Sequence record: MK373786.1
Strand: one strand, 5' to 3'
Length of the DNA stretch: 64,000 bases
Origin: Escherichia phage vB_EcoM_R5505
Shown here: positions 41,429 through 50,808 of the stretch, piece by piece
Layout: each line of letters begins with the position of its first letter
How positions within the stretch are numbered: position 1 is the first letter of the stretch
Position numbers and translations under genes: made by a program
Notes under the pieces: model-generated
Seen by the model: only the letters and a program-made list of their open reading frames with translations
Told to the model about the DNA's origin: nothing
The model's database searches: none

Positions 41429-41659
41429 TTATTGTTCAATCAATCCCATGTAAAATTCTGCGTCTTCAGAATCCATGCCATCACAGTATTCATTAGCCAT
41501 AAAGCGGGTGAGGTCTTCAAGAGGACCTTCAATGACAATAGAAAAATTGCAATAATTGGGATCATCATGAATACTTGTGATACTAAGTTCAGGATAACGA
41601 TTACGAATAATTTCTTCGATATATTCAAAATCAACGATGTCAATATCAACTTTAGCCAT
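41429..41659 (-). CDS. Hypothetical acidic protein
   Basis: 76 aa from MAKVDIDIV with AAAGAGGAAA Shine-Dalgarno; track ORF starts 7 codons earlier. Confidence 0.6.
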   Translation of the reverse strand: MAKVDIDIVDFEYIEEIIRNRYPELSITSIHDDPNYCNFSIVIEGPLEDLTRFMANEYCDGMDSEDAEFYMGLIEQ

Positions 41660-41693
41660 ATTATTTTCCTCTTTAATCATCAGCAGTATTGCC

Positions 41694-41765
41694 GATAGTT
41701 GTATAGTACCACAGTATGCTTTGGTTGTAAACCGTTTTGTGAAAAAATTTTTAAAATAAAAAAGG
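41694..41765 (-). promoter_or_regulatory. Early promoter with A/T-rich upstream element, copy of a 71-nt repeat
   Basis: Near-identical to 58101-58171; GTTTACA-N17-TACTAT. Confidence 0.65.
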
Positions 41766-41782
41766 GGACCTCTAGGGTCCCC
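41764..41782. terminator. Terminator hairpin downstream of gene 32
   Basis: ggggacc-tctag-ggtcccc. Confidence 0.75.
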
Positions 41783-41804
41783 GATTAATTAGTAATATAA
41801 TCTA

Positions 41805-42713
41805 TTAAAGGTCATTCAAAAGGTCATCCAGGTCCGTGTCATCAGCACTAGATGAACTGCCAGAGCTTGAGCTCATAAAATCATCTTCAGTTTTTGTATT
41901 GAAGTCATCAACATTGAATGCATCCAAATCATCAGCAACTTTATCAGCTTTCTTAGCAGCAGTCGCTGCGGCACCGCCCATCACAGCAGTTCCCATAACT
42001 TGACCGAATTTAGTATTCAGTTCTTCAAATGATTTGAATTTATCTTTAGAAGTCATTTCAGAAAGGTCAACCATTTGTTCGAACAGTTCTTTCTGGAAAG
42101 ATTCATCATCAATGTTTGGAATCGCAGATTGATTCAGGAATTTAGATTCGTCGTAGTTACTAAATCCAGAAACTTGTTTAACTTTCAGTACAAAGTTAGC
42201 ACCTTCCCACGGACAAGTTACATCAACTGGAGTTTCACCCATTTCAACATCAACCGCAATCATTGCATTGATTTTATCCCAGATTTTCTTACCGAAACGG
42301 TATTTAAATACTTTACCTTCGTTTTCTGGAGCAGCTGGGTCTTTTACTACAAGAATGTTAGCCCAGTAAGAAGTTTTACGTTTAACAAGACTGTACTCTT
42401 TATTGTCAGTGTTGTACAGATCATTTTTACTAATGTATTGACATACTGGGCAAGAATCGTAATCACCGTGGGTAGATGAACAGTTTTCAATATACCATTT
42501 ACCATTTTTCTTGAAACCATGATTTACAAGAATTGCGAATGGTGCTTGTTCATCATTTTTAGACGGAAGAAAACGAATTACTGCTTGACCGTTACCCGCA
42601 TTGTCGAGTTTCAGTTTCCACTCGCCTTTATCTTCAGAAGAAAAACCACTTTTATTTCCAGCCAGTTTAGCCATTTGTGCAGCGAGTTCAGCAGTAGATT
42701 TACGTTTAAACAT
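41805..42713 (-). CDS. 32: Single-stranded DNA-binding protein gp32
   Basis: 302-aa ORF; zinc ligands ([10 protein letters not shown]) and acidic Ser/Asp-rich C-terminal tail. Confidence 0.97.
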   Translation of the reverse strand: MFKRKSTAELAAQMAKLAGNKSGFSSEDKGEWKLKLDNAGNGQAVIRFLPSKNDEQAPFAILVNHGFKKNGKWYIENCSSTHGDYDSCPVCQYISKNDLYNTDNKEYSLVKRKTSYWANILVVKDPAAPENEGKVFKYRFGKKIWDKINAMIAVDVEMGETPVDVTCPWEGANFVLKVKQVSGFSNYDESKFLNQSAIPNIDDESFQKELFEQMVDLSEMTSKDKFKSFEELNTKFGQVMGTAVMGGAAATAAKKADKVADDLDAFNVDDFNTKTEDDFMSSSSGSSSSADDTDLDDLLNDL

Positions 42714-42745
42714 TTTTATTTCCTTTTTAATTTAATTAACAGTTG

Positions 42746-42778
42746 GTGCTATGACGATGTATGACCTCATAGCTGGTC
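42746..42778 (-). promoter_or_regulatory. Gene 32 translational operator, H-type pseudoknot
   Basis: mRNA-sense UGACC-A-GCUAUGA-GGUCA-UACAUCG-UCAUAGC gives two interleaved stems, followed by an unstructured A/U-rich leader. Confidence 0.65.
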
Positions 42779-42796
42779 AGTGAGATAATTATAATC

Positions 42797-42804
42797 TATT
42801 TATA
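42797..42804 (-). promoter_or_regulatory. Late promoter (TATAAATA on minus strand) upstream of gene 32
   Basis: Plus-strand tatttata. Confidence 0.5.
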
Positions 42805-42812
42805 ATAAGCAA

Positions 42813-43466
42813 TTAATACTTACAAGATTTCACAGTTTCAATGAAAACATTTTTAGCTTTCTGTGAATCAATATTTAAAATTTTTCTATAAGCCTTTAAC
42901 TTTATAGAATAATTATTCCAGACTAAATTATCAGTCTGTTCATCATGTTTATCAATTATATTTAAAAATGAATCAAGCAAGATAAACGTTTCAAACGAAA
43001 TTATGTTCGACTGAAGCAGTTTAAAAATATAGCTTGATTGAACTTTTGGATTATATTCAAAGATTTCTTTAAAAGCAGAAACTTCAACTTTTTTACTAAA
43101 ATAATAAATGTTGCGAATATCTTCTTCAAACTTAAATTTAATTTGCTTTAAGCGTCCGATATATTCACGATAAAACACAAGTGCATCAGCGTCAGAGATG
43201 TCGCCAATCCAAGCATCTTGGTTAGCAACCAAATTACTTATAAAGATTAAAGCAAGTTCCTTTAATTTATATTTTTCTGATAACTTCTGGAAAAAATACT
43301 TATCCCTTCGCTTTTGATAAGCGGCATCAGACACCCGCATGCACCAATTATACTTAATAACATCATACTTTCCATTCATATGTTGTTTTATCATTAAGTA
43401 TAATTTATAAACTGATTTACCATCAATGTATCTTTCACCACCAGCAGGCATGCGGAGTTTAATCAT
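42813..43466 (-). CDS. 59: gp59 helicase loader
   Basis: 217-aa ORF directly upstream of gene 32. Confidence 0.92.
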   Translation of the reverse strand: MIKLRMPAGGERYIDGKSVYKLYLMIKQHMNGKYDVIKYNWCMRVSDAAYQKRRDKYFFQKLSEKYKLKELALIFISNLVANQDAWIGDISDADALVFYREYIGRLKQIKFKFEEDIRNIYYFSKKVEVSAFKEIFEYNPKVQSSYIFKLLQSNIISFETFILLDSFLNIIDKHDEQTDNLVWNNYSIKLKAYRKILNIDSQKAKNVFIETVKSCKY

Positions 43467-43801
43467 AGTAGAAAATCTAATGTATTAGTTTTTTCACAAC
43501 GAACAACAGAAGGACGTAAAAGATTTTCATCAATAGCTTCTGACTGAATTTTTTCAATTATACCCGAAGGAATAAATTTAGCAAATTGAGTTTCAGGAAT
43601 AGAGTTTTCTTCCAAGAATGCTGTCGTAGCTTCAAGATAACTCATTCCAAACTCTTCTACCATTTTTTCAATAATAAATCCATTTTCTTGACGATCAAGA
43701 AGCTTTGCTATTTCATCCTTTTCTTTCTTAATTGAAAGTTCTTTTTCTGAAAGACCGGTCTCATCGACCGGACGAATATCATTTAGAGAAAACTGTGTCA
43801 T
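43463..43801 (-). CDS. 33: gp33 late transcription co-activator
   Basis: 112 aa from MTQFSLNDIRPV; acidic. Confidence 0.88.
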   Translation of the reverse strand: MTQFSLNDIRPVDETGLSEKELSIKKEKDEIAKLLDRQENGFIIEKMVEEFGMSYLEATTAFLEENSIPETQFAKFIPSGIIEKIQSEAIDENLLRPSVVRCEKTNTLDFLL

Positions 43802-44048
43802 AAAGTTCAACTACCTCTTCAGTTTCAGCTTCAAACACATCACGGTTATCTTTATGATACAAAGCTAATAGACGATTAAACATCTTACCATCAACGCCAA
43901 GTTCATCTTTGGCACGAATTCGAATATCTTTAATCAATTCATTATAACCGGAAATTTTCAGTTTATGATCAGATGCTTCTTTAATAAATTTAGCCAAGTC
44001 TTCGCCATGGATAGCTTCATCAAATTCAACCATTTCTTTTTTAGCCAT
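43779..44048 (-). CDS. dsbA: DsbA double-stranded DNA-binding protein
   Basis: 89-aa ORF between rnh and gene 33. Confidence 0.85.
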   Translation of the reverse strand: MAKKEMVEFDEAIHGEDLAKFIKEASDHKLKISGYNELIKDIRIRAKDELGVDGKMFNRLLALYHKDNRDVFEAETEEVVELYDTVFSK

Positions 44049-44056
44049 TATTCACC

Positions 44057-44974
44057 TCAAAATTCATTAATGCTATTAGTTAATTTAGAAAGACCCGCTT
44101 TTACAAAATATGAATAAATTTTGCCACGCGGTGGTAATTTATATGAATTATAGTAATTCACAATGTTTGAAGCAATATTATCAGGAATATAATCAAAATC
44201 AATTAGAACTAAATTTTCTTTATAACGATTATATTCAGATTCTGTGAGAAGCACCTTAGCTTGCTCACGGTCATTAGCAATAGCTTCAACGATTGAAGTT
44301 TTCATTGAAGGAGTTCGTTCACCTTCAACTCTGGTAAACCAAAAGTCAGAACGTACTTTAACTGAAGCAACGTTATCCTTTTTGTCACCCTTAAGAATTT
44401 TAGTCATACAATCAATTTCAGCAGAACCGCTTTTAATTTTAACCCATTTCTTGTGCATCGGTGACCATTGCTTAACATTTGGATATTTGTGAAGCTGAGT
44501 AAAGTCACCATCAGATGAAATGATTAAAATCTTATGCCCTTCTAAAGAGAACTTTTTAACAAGAACAGCAATGTGGTCATCTGCTTCATACTTATCAATA
44601 TCCATAACAATGTATGGCATATAAGCTTTCAATTCATCTATAACTTTATGGCTGGATTCAAAATAACCTTCCCAGTCCCAAGTAGATTCTTCTCGTGCTT
44701 TTCCACGGTTTTTCTTGTAATAATACGCGAAATCACGACGCCAGTATCCAGATTTCGCGTTATCAATACACAGTACAATTTTAGTGTATCCAAGCGTTTT
44801 TGCTTTTTTGACATTAAACTTAATTGAGTTCAATATCAAATGACGAACCATTGATAAATTAATTTTTTCTTTATCTGGGAAGTTTACTAAAGCAGTTGAA
44901 AGCGCAATTTGACTAAAGTCAATTAAGCAAATTCCTTCTTTGTAATCTTCATCCAGCATCATTTCTAAATCCAT
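44057..44974 (-). CDS. rnh: RNase H (5'-3' exonuclease, FEN-1 family)
   Basis: 305 aa from MDLEMMLDEDYKEG (GAGG Shine-Dalgarno); acidic metal-binding clusters. Confidence 0.93.
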   Translation of the reverse strand: MDLEMMLDEDYKEGICLIDFSQIALSTALVNFPDKEKINLSMVRHLILNSIKFNVKKAKTLGYTKIVLCIDNAKSGYWRRDFAYYYKKNRGKAREESTWDWEGYFESSHKVIDELKAYMPYIVMDIDKYEADDHIAVLVKKFSLEGHKILIISSDGDFTQLHKYPNVKQWSPMHKKWVKIKSGSAEIDCMTKILKGDKKDNVASVKVRSDFWFTRVEGERTPSMKTSIVEAIANDREQAKVLLTESEYNRYKENLVLIDFDYIPDNIASNIVNYYNSYKLPPRGKIYSYFVKAGLSKLTNSINEF

Positions 44975-45003
44975 ATGAACCTCGTTCAATTAGTGAGATT
45001 TCT

Positions 45004-45033
45004 ATTATATACCATCCAAATCTTAAAGTAAAC
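45004..45033 (-). promoter_or_regulatory. Early promoter for rnh (GTTTAC-N18-TATAAT)
   Basis: On the minus strand GTTTACtttaagatttggatggtaTATAAT. Confidence 0.6.
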
Positions 45034-45036
45034 AAG

Positions 45037-45044
45037 TATAAATA
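45037..45044 (+). promoter_or_regulatory. Late promoter (TATAAATA) for gene 34
   Basis: tataaata about 35 nt upstream of gene 34 ATG, back-to-back with the rnh early promoter. Confidence 0.75.
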
Positions 45045-45078
45045 CTTATTATTGAAAACACAATAGGAGCCCGGGAGA

Positions 45079-48000
45079 ATGGCCGAGATTAAAAGAAAGT
45101 TCAGAGCAGAAGATGGTCTGGACGCAGGTGGTGATAAAATAATCAACGTAGCTTTAGCTGATCGTACCGTAGGAACTGACGGTGTTAACGTTGATTACTT
45201 AATTCAAGAAAACACAGTTCAACAATATGATCCAACTCGTGGATATTTAAAAGATTTTGTAATCATTTATGATAACCGCTTTTGGGCTGCTATAAATGAT
45301 ATTCCAAAACCAGCAGGAGCTTTTAATAGCGGACGCTGGAGAGCATTACGTACCGATGCTAACTGGATTACAGTCTCATCTGGTTCATATCAATTAAAAT
45401 CCGGTGAAGCAATTTCGGTTAACACCGCAGCTGGAAATGACATCACGTTTACTTTACCATCTTCTCCAATTGATGGCGATACTATCGTTCTCCAAGATAT
45501 TGGAGGAAAACCTGGAGTTAACCAAGTTTTAATTGTAGCTCCAGTGCAAAGTATTGTAAACTTTAGAGGTGAACAGGTACGTTCAGTACTAATGACTCAT
45601 CCAAAGTCACAGCTAGTTTTAATTTTTAGTAATCGTCTGTGGCAAATGTATGTAGCTGATTATAGTAGAGAAGCTGTAGTTGTAACACCAGCGAATACTT
45701 ATCAAGCGCAATCTAATGATTTTATCGTGCGTAGATTTACTTCTGCTGCACCAATTAATGTCAAACTTCCAAGATTTGCTAATCATGGCGATATTATTAA
45801 TTTCGTTGATTTAGATAAACTGAATCCACTTTATCATACAATTGTTACTACATACGATGAAACGACTTCAGTACAAGAAGTTGGAACTCATTCCATTGAA
45901 GGCCGTACATCGATTGACGGTTTCTTGATGTTCGATGATAATGAGAAATTGTGGAGATTGTTTGACGGTGACAGTAAAGCACGTTTACGCATTATAACGA
46001 CTAATTCTAATATTCGTCCAAATGAAGAAGTCATGGTGTTTGGAGCGAATAACGGAACAACTCAAACAATTGAGCTTCAGCTTCCTACTGATATTTCTGT
46101 TGGTGATACTGTTAAAATTTCCATGAATTACATGAGAAAAGGACAAACAGTTAAAATCAAGGCTGCGGGCGAAGATAAAATTGCTTCTTCAGTTCAATTA
46201 CTGCAATTCCCAAAACGCTCAGAATATCCGCCTGAAGCTGAGTGGGTTACAGTCCAAGAATTAGTTTTTAATGGTGAAACTAATTATGTTCCGGTTTTAC
46301 AACTTGCTTATATAGAAGATTCTGATGGAAAATACTGGGTTGTACAGCAAAACGTTCCAACTGTAGAAAGAGTTGATTCTTTAAATGATTCTACTAGAGC
46401 AAGATTAGGCGTAATTGCTTTAGCTACACAAGCTCAAGCTAACGTCGATTTAGAAAATTCTCCTCAAAAAGAATTAGCAATTACTCCAGAAACGTTAGCT
46501 AATCGTACTGCTACAGAAACTCGTAGAGGTATTGCAAGAATAGCAACTACTGCTCAAGTGAATCAGAACACCACATTCTCTTTTGCTGATGATATTATCA
46601 TCACTCCTAAAAAGCTGAATGAAAGAACTGCTACAGAAACTCGCAGAGGTGTCGCAGAAATTGCTACACAGCAGGAAACTAATACAGGTACTGATGATAC
46701 TACAATCATTACTCCTAAAAAGCTTCAAGCTCGCCAAGGTTCTGAGTCATTATCTGGTATTGTAACTTTTGTATCTACTGCAGGTGCTACTCCAGCTTCT
46801 AGCCGTGAATTAAATGGTACGAATGTTTATAATAAAAACACTAATAATTTAGTTGTTTCACCTAAAGCTTTGGATCAGTATAAAGCTACTCCAACGCAGC
46901 AAGGTGCAGTAATTTTAGCAGTTGAAAGTGAAGTAATTGCTGGACAAAGTCAGGAAGGATGGGCAAATGCTGTTGTAACACCAGAAACGTTACATAAAAA
47001 GACATCAACTGATGACAGAATTGGTTTAATTGAAATTGCTACGCAAAGTGAAGTTAATACAGGAACTGATTATACTCGTGCAGTCACTCCTAAAACTTTA
47101 AATGACCGTAGAGCAACTGAAAGTTTAAGTGGTATAGCTGAAATTGCTACACAAGTTGAATTCGACGCAGGCGTCGACGATACTCGTATCTCTACACCAT
47201 TAAAAATTAAAACCAGATTTAATAGTACTGATCGTACTTCTGTTGTTGCTCTATCTGGATTAGTTGAATCAGGAACTCTCTGGGACCATTATACCCTTAA
47301 TATTCTTGAAGCAAATGAGACACAGCGTGGTACACTTCGTGTAGCTACACAGGTTGAAGCTGCTGCAGGAACATTAGATAATGTTTTAATAACTCCTAAA
47401 AAGCTTTTAGGTACTAAATCTACCGAATCGCAAGAAGGTGTTATTAAAGTTGCAACTCAGTCTGAAACTGTGACTGGAACGTCAGCAAATACTGCTGTAT
47501 CTCCAAAAAATTTAAAATGGATTGTGCAGAGTGAACCTACTTGGGCAGCTACTACTGCGATAAGAGGTTTTGTTAAAACTTCATCTGGTTCAATTACATT
47601 CGTTGGTAATGATACAGTCGGTTCTACCCAAGATTTAGAACTGTATGAGAAAAATAGCTATGCGGTATCACCATATGAATTAAACCGTGTATTAGCAAAT
47701 TATTTGCCATTAAAAGCAAAAGCTGTAGATAGTAATTTATTGGATGGTCTAGATTCATCTCAGTTCATTCGTAGGGATATTGCACAGACGGTTAATGGTT
47801 CACTAACCTTAACCCAACAAACGAATCTGAGTGCCCCTCTTGTATCATCTAGTACTGCTACGTTTGGTGGATCAGTTTCGGCAAATAGTACATTAACTAT
47901 TTCTAATACTGGAACGGCAACTCGTCTGATTTTTGAGAAAGGACCTCAAACTGGAACTAACCCAGCACAGACGATGACTATCAGAGTTTGGGGAAATCAG

Positions 48001-48948
48001 TTTGGTGGCGGATCAGATACAACACGTTCTACTGTATTTGAAGTTGGTGATGAAACATCTAATCACTTTTATTCTCAACGTAATAAAGCTGGTAATATTA
48101 CGTTTAGCATTAATGGTACTGTGATGCCAATAAATGTTAACGCTTCCGGTTCATTGAATGCGAATGGCGTAGCAACATTTGGTAGTTCAGTTACAGCCAA
48201 TGGTGAATTCATTAGCAAGTCTGCAAATGCTTTCAGAGCAATAAACGGTGATTATGGATTCTTTATCAGGAATGATGGCGGCAGTACATATTTTATGCTT
48301 ACTGCATCGGGTGATCAGACTGGCGGATTTAATGGATTACGTCCTTTAGCTATTAATAATGCATCTGGCCAAGTAACGATTGGTGAAAGCTTAATCATTG
48401 CCAAAGGTGCTACTATAAATTCAGGTGGTTTGACTGTTAACTCGAGAATTCGTTCTCAGGGTACTAAAACATCTGATTTATATACCCGTGCACCAACATC
48501 TGATACGGTAGGATTCTGGTCAATTGATATTAACGATTCAGCTACTTATAACCAATTCCCGGGTTATTTTAAAATGGTTGAAAAAACTAATGAAGTGACT
48601 GGGCTTCCATACTTAGAACGTGGAGAAGAAGTTAAATCTCCTGGTACACTGACTCAGTTTGGTAATACACTTGATTCACTTTACCAAGATTGGATTACTT
48701 ATCCAACAACTCCAGAAGCGCGTACCACTCGCTGGACACGTACATGGCAGAAAACCAAAAACTCTTGGTCAAGTTTTGTTCAGGTATTTGACGGAGGTAA
48801 CCCTCCTCAACCATCTGACATCGGTGCTTTACCATCTGATAATGCTACAATGGGCAATCTTACTATTCGTGATTTCTTACGAATTGGTAATGTTCGCATT
48901 ATTCCTGACCCAGTGAATAAAACTGTTAAATTTGAATGGGTTGAATAA
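45079..48948 (+). CDS. 34: Long tail fibre proximal subunit gp34
   Basis: 1289-aa ORF with repeated RGVAEIATQ-type beta-structure motifs. Confidence 0.97.
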   Translation: MAEIKRKFRAEDGLDAGGDKIINVALADRTVGTDGVNVDYLIQENTVQQYDPTRGYLKDFVIIYDNRFWAAINDIPKPAGAFNSGRWRALRTDANWITVSSGSYQLKSGEAISVNTAAGNDITFTLPSSPIDGDTIVLQDIGGKPGVNQVLIVAPVQSIVNFRGEQVRSVLMTHPKSQLVLIFSNRLWQMYVADYSREAVVVTPANTYQAQSNDFIVRRFTSAAPINVKLPRFANHGDIINFVDLDKLNPLYHTIVTTYDETTSVQEVGTHSIEGRTSIDGFLMFDDNEKLWRLFDGDSKARLRIITTNSNIRPNEEVMVFGANNGTTQTIELQLPTDISVGDTVKISMNYMRKGQTVKIKAAGEDKIASSVQLLQFPKRSEYPPEAEWVTVQELVFNGETNYVPVLQLAYIEDSDGKYWVVQQNVPTVERVDSLNDSTRARLGVIALATQAQANVDLENSPQKELAITPETLANRTATETRRGIARIATTAQVNQNTTFSFADDIIITPKKLNERTATETRRGVAEIATQQETNTGTDDTTIITPKKLQARQGSESLSGIVTFVSTAGATPASSRELNGTNVYNKNTNNLVVSPKALDQYKATPTQQGAVILAVESEVIAGQSQEGWANAVVTPETLHKKTSTDDRIGLIEIATQSEVNTGTDYTRAVTPKTLNDRRATESLSGIAEIATQVEFDAGVDDTRISTPLKIKTRFNSTDRTSVVALSGLVESGTLWDHYTLNILEANETQRGTLRVATQVEAAAGTLDNVLITPKKLLGTKSTESQEGVIKVATQSETVTGTSANTAVSPKNLKWIVQSEPTWAATTAIRGFVKTSSGSITFVGNDTVGSTQDLELYEKNSYAVSPYELNRVLANYLPLKAKAVDSNLLDGLDSSQFIRRDIAQTVNGSLTLTQQTNLSAPLVSSSTATFGGSVSANSTLTISNTGTATRLIFEKGPQTGTNPAQTMTIRVWGNQFGGGSDTTRSTVFEVGDETSNHFYSQRNKAGNITFSINGTVMPINVNASGSLNANGVATFGSSVTANGEFISKSANAFRAINGDYGFFIRNDGGSTYFMLTASGDQTGGFNGLRPLAINNASGQVTIGESLIIAKGATINSGGLTVNSRIRSQGTKTSDLYTRAPTSDTVGFWSIDINDSATYNQFPGYFKMVEKTNEVTGLPYLERGEEVKSPGTLTQFGNTLDSLYQDWITYPTTPEARTTRWTRTWQKTKNSWSSFVQVFDGGNPPQPSDIGALPSDNATMGNLTIRDFLRIGNVRIIPDPVNKTVKFEWVE

Positions 48949-48956
48949 GAGGTATT

Positions 48957-50072
48957 ATGGAAAAATTTATGGCAGAGTTTGGACAAGGATATGTCCAAAC
49001 GCCATTTTTATCGGAAAGCAATTCAGTAAGATATAAAATAAGTATAGCGGGTTCTTGCCCGCTTTCTACAGCAGGACCATACGTTAAATTTCAGGATAAT
49101 CCTGTAGGAAGTCAAACATTTAGCGCAGGCCTTCATTTAAGAGTTTTTGACCCTTCTACAGGAGCATTAGTTGATAGTAAGTCATATGCTTTTTCGACTT
49201 CAAATGATACTACATCAGCTGCTTTTGTTAGTTTCATGAATTCTTTGACGAATAATAGAATTGTTGCTATATTAACTAGCGGAAAGGTTAATTTTCCTCC
49301 TGAAGTAGTATCTTGGTTAAGAACCGCAGGAACGTCTGCTTTTCCATCTGACTCTATATTGTCAAGATTCGACGTATCATATGCTGCTTTTTATACTTCT
49401 TCTAAAAGAGCTATCGCATTAGAGCATGTTAAACTGAGTAATAGAAAAAGCACAGATGATTATCAAACTATTTTAGATGTTGTATTTGACAGTTTAGAAG
49501 ACGTCGGAGCTACCGGGTTTCCAAGAAGAACGTATGAAAGCGTTGAGCAATTCATGTCAGCGGTTGGTGGAACTAATAACGAAATTGCGCGTCTACCAAC
49601 TTCAGCTACTATAAGTAAATTATCTGATTATAATTTAATTCCTGGCGATGTTCTTTATCTTAAAGCTCAGTTATATGCTGATGCCGATTTACTTGCTCTT
49701 GGAACTACAAATATATCTATCCGTTTTTATAATGCATCAAATGGATATATTTCCTCGACACAAGCTGAATTTACCGGGCAAGCTGGATCTTGGGAATTAA
49801 AGGAAGATTATGTAGTTGTTCCAGAAAACGCGGTAGGATTTACGATATACGCACAAAGAACTGCACAAGCAGGTCAAGGTGGCATGAGAAATTTAAGCTT
49901 TTCTGAAGTATCAAGAAACGGCGGTATTTCAAAACCCGCTGAATTTGGCGTCAATGGTATTCGTGTTAATTATATCTGTGAATCTGCTTCACCTCCGGAT
50001 ATAATGGTACTTCCTACACAAGCATCGTCTAAAACTGGTAAAGTGTTTGGGCAAGAATTTAGAGAAGTATAA
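48957..50072 (+). CDS. 35: Long tail fibre hinge protein gp35
   Basis: 371-aa ORF. Confidence 0.92.
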   Translation: MEKFMAEFGQGYVQTPFLSESNSVRYKISIAGSCPLSTAGPYVKFQDNPVGSQTFSAGLHLRVFDPSTGALVDSKSYAFSTSNDTTSAAFVSFMNSLTNNRIVAILTSGKVNFPPEVVSWLRTAGTSAFPSDSILSRFDVSYAAFYTSSKRAIALEHVKLSNRKSTDDYQTILDVVFDSLEDVGATGFPRRTYESVEQFMSAVGGTNNEIARLPTSATISKLSDYNLIPGDVLYLKAQLYADADLLALGTTNISIRFYNASNGYISSTQAEFTGQAGSWELKEDYVVVPENAVGFTIYAQRTAQAGQGGMRNLSFSEVSRNGGISKPAEFGVNGIRVNYICESASPPDIMVLPTQASSKTGKVFGQEFREV

Positions 50073-50077
50073 ATTGA

Positions 50078-50095
50078 GGGAGCCTTCGGGTTCCC
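50078..50095 (+). terminator. Terminator hairpin after gene 35
   Basis: gggagcc-ttcg-ggttccc followed by T-run. Confidence 0.75.
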
Positions 50096-50103
50096 TTTTT
50101 CTT

Positions 50104-50111
50104 TATAAATA
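50104..50111 (+). promoter_or_regulatory. Late promoter (TATAAATA) for genes 36-37
   Basis: tataaata about 24 nt upstream of gene 36 ATG. Confidence 0.75.
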
Positions 50112-50134
50112 CTATTAAAATAAAGGGGCATACA

Positions 50135-50800
50135 ATGGCTGATTTAAAAGTAGGTTCAACAACCGGAGGCTCTGTCATTTGGCATCAAGGAAATTTTCCA
50201 TTGAATCCAGCCGGTGACGATGTACTCTATAAATCATTTAAAATATATTCAGAATATAATAAACCACAAGCTGCTGATAACGATTTCGTTTCTAAAGCTA
50301 ATGGTGGTACTTATGCATCAAAGGTAACATTTAACGGTGGAGTTCAAGTTCCGTATGCTGTAAACAACACAAACCCATGCGGTGTTTATCCAGGTAACGG
50401 TGATAATGCTACTTTTGCTGTAGCAAATATCGATATTGTTTCGTGGAATGGTATTGGTTTTAAATCATCACAAGGTTCAGCAGCTCGAACTGTTGTAATT
50501 AATGCACGTAATGGTGATATTAGTACAAAAGGCGTTGTGTCGGCAGCAGGTCAAGTAAGAAGTGATGCGGCTGCTCCTATAGCAGCGAATGACCTTACTA
50601 GAAAGGACTATGTTGATGGAGCAATAAATACTGTTACGGCAAATGCAAACTCTAGGGTGCTACGGTCTGGTGACACCATGATAGGTAATTTAACAGCGCC
50701 AAACTTTTTCTCGCAGAATCCTGCATCTCAACCTTCACACGTTCCACGATTTGACCAAATCGTAATTAAGGATTCTGTTCAAGATTTCGGCTATTATTAA
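50135..50800 (+). CDS. 36: Long tail fibre distal connector gp36
   Basis: 221-aa ORF. Confidence 0.92.
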   Translation: MADLKVGSTTGGSVIWHQGNFPLNPAGDDVLYKSFKIYSEYNKPQAADNDFVSKANGGTYASKVTFNGGVQVPYAVNNTNPCGVYPGNGDNATFAVANIDIVSWNGIGFKSSQGSAARTVVINARNGDISTKGVVSAAGQVRSDAAAPIAANDLTRKDYVDGAINTVTANANSRVLRSGDTMIGNLTAPNFFSQNPASQPSHVPRFDQIVIKDSVQDFGYY

Positions 50801-50808
50801 GAGGACTT

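Noticed and set aside
46495-46737. Antisense ORF inside gene 34 (and the same-strand alternate-frame ORF at 48659-48916)
   Set aside because: Embedded in the gp34 coding sequence; Cys/Ser-rich low-complexity product typical of spurious frames.
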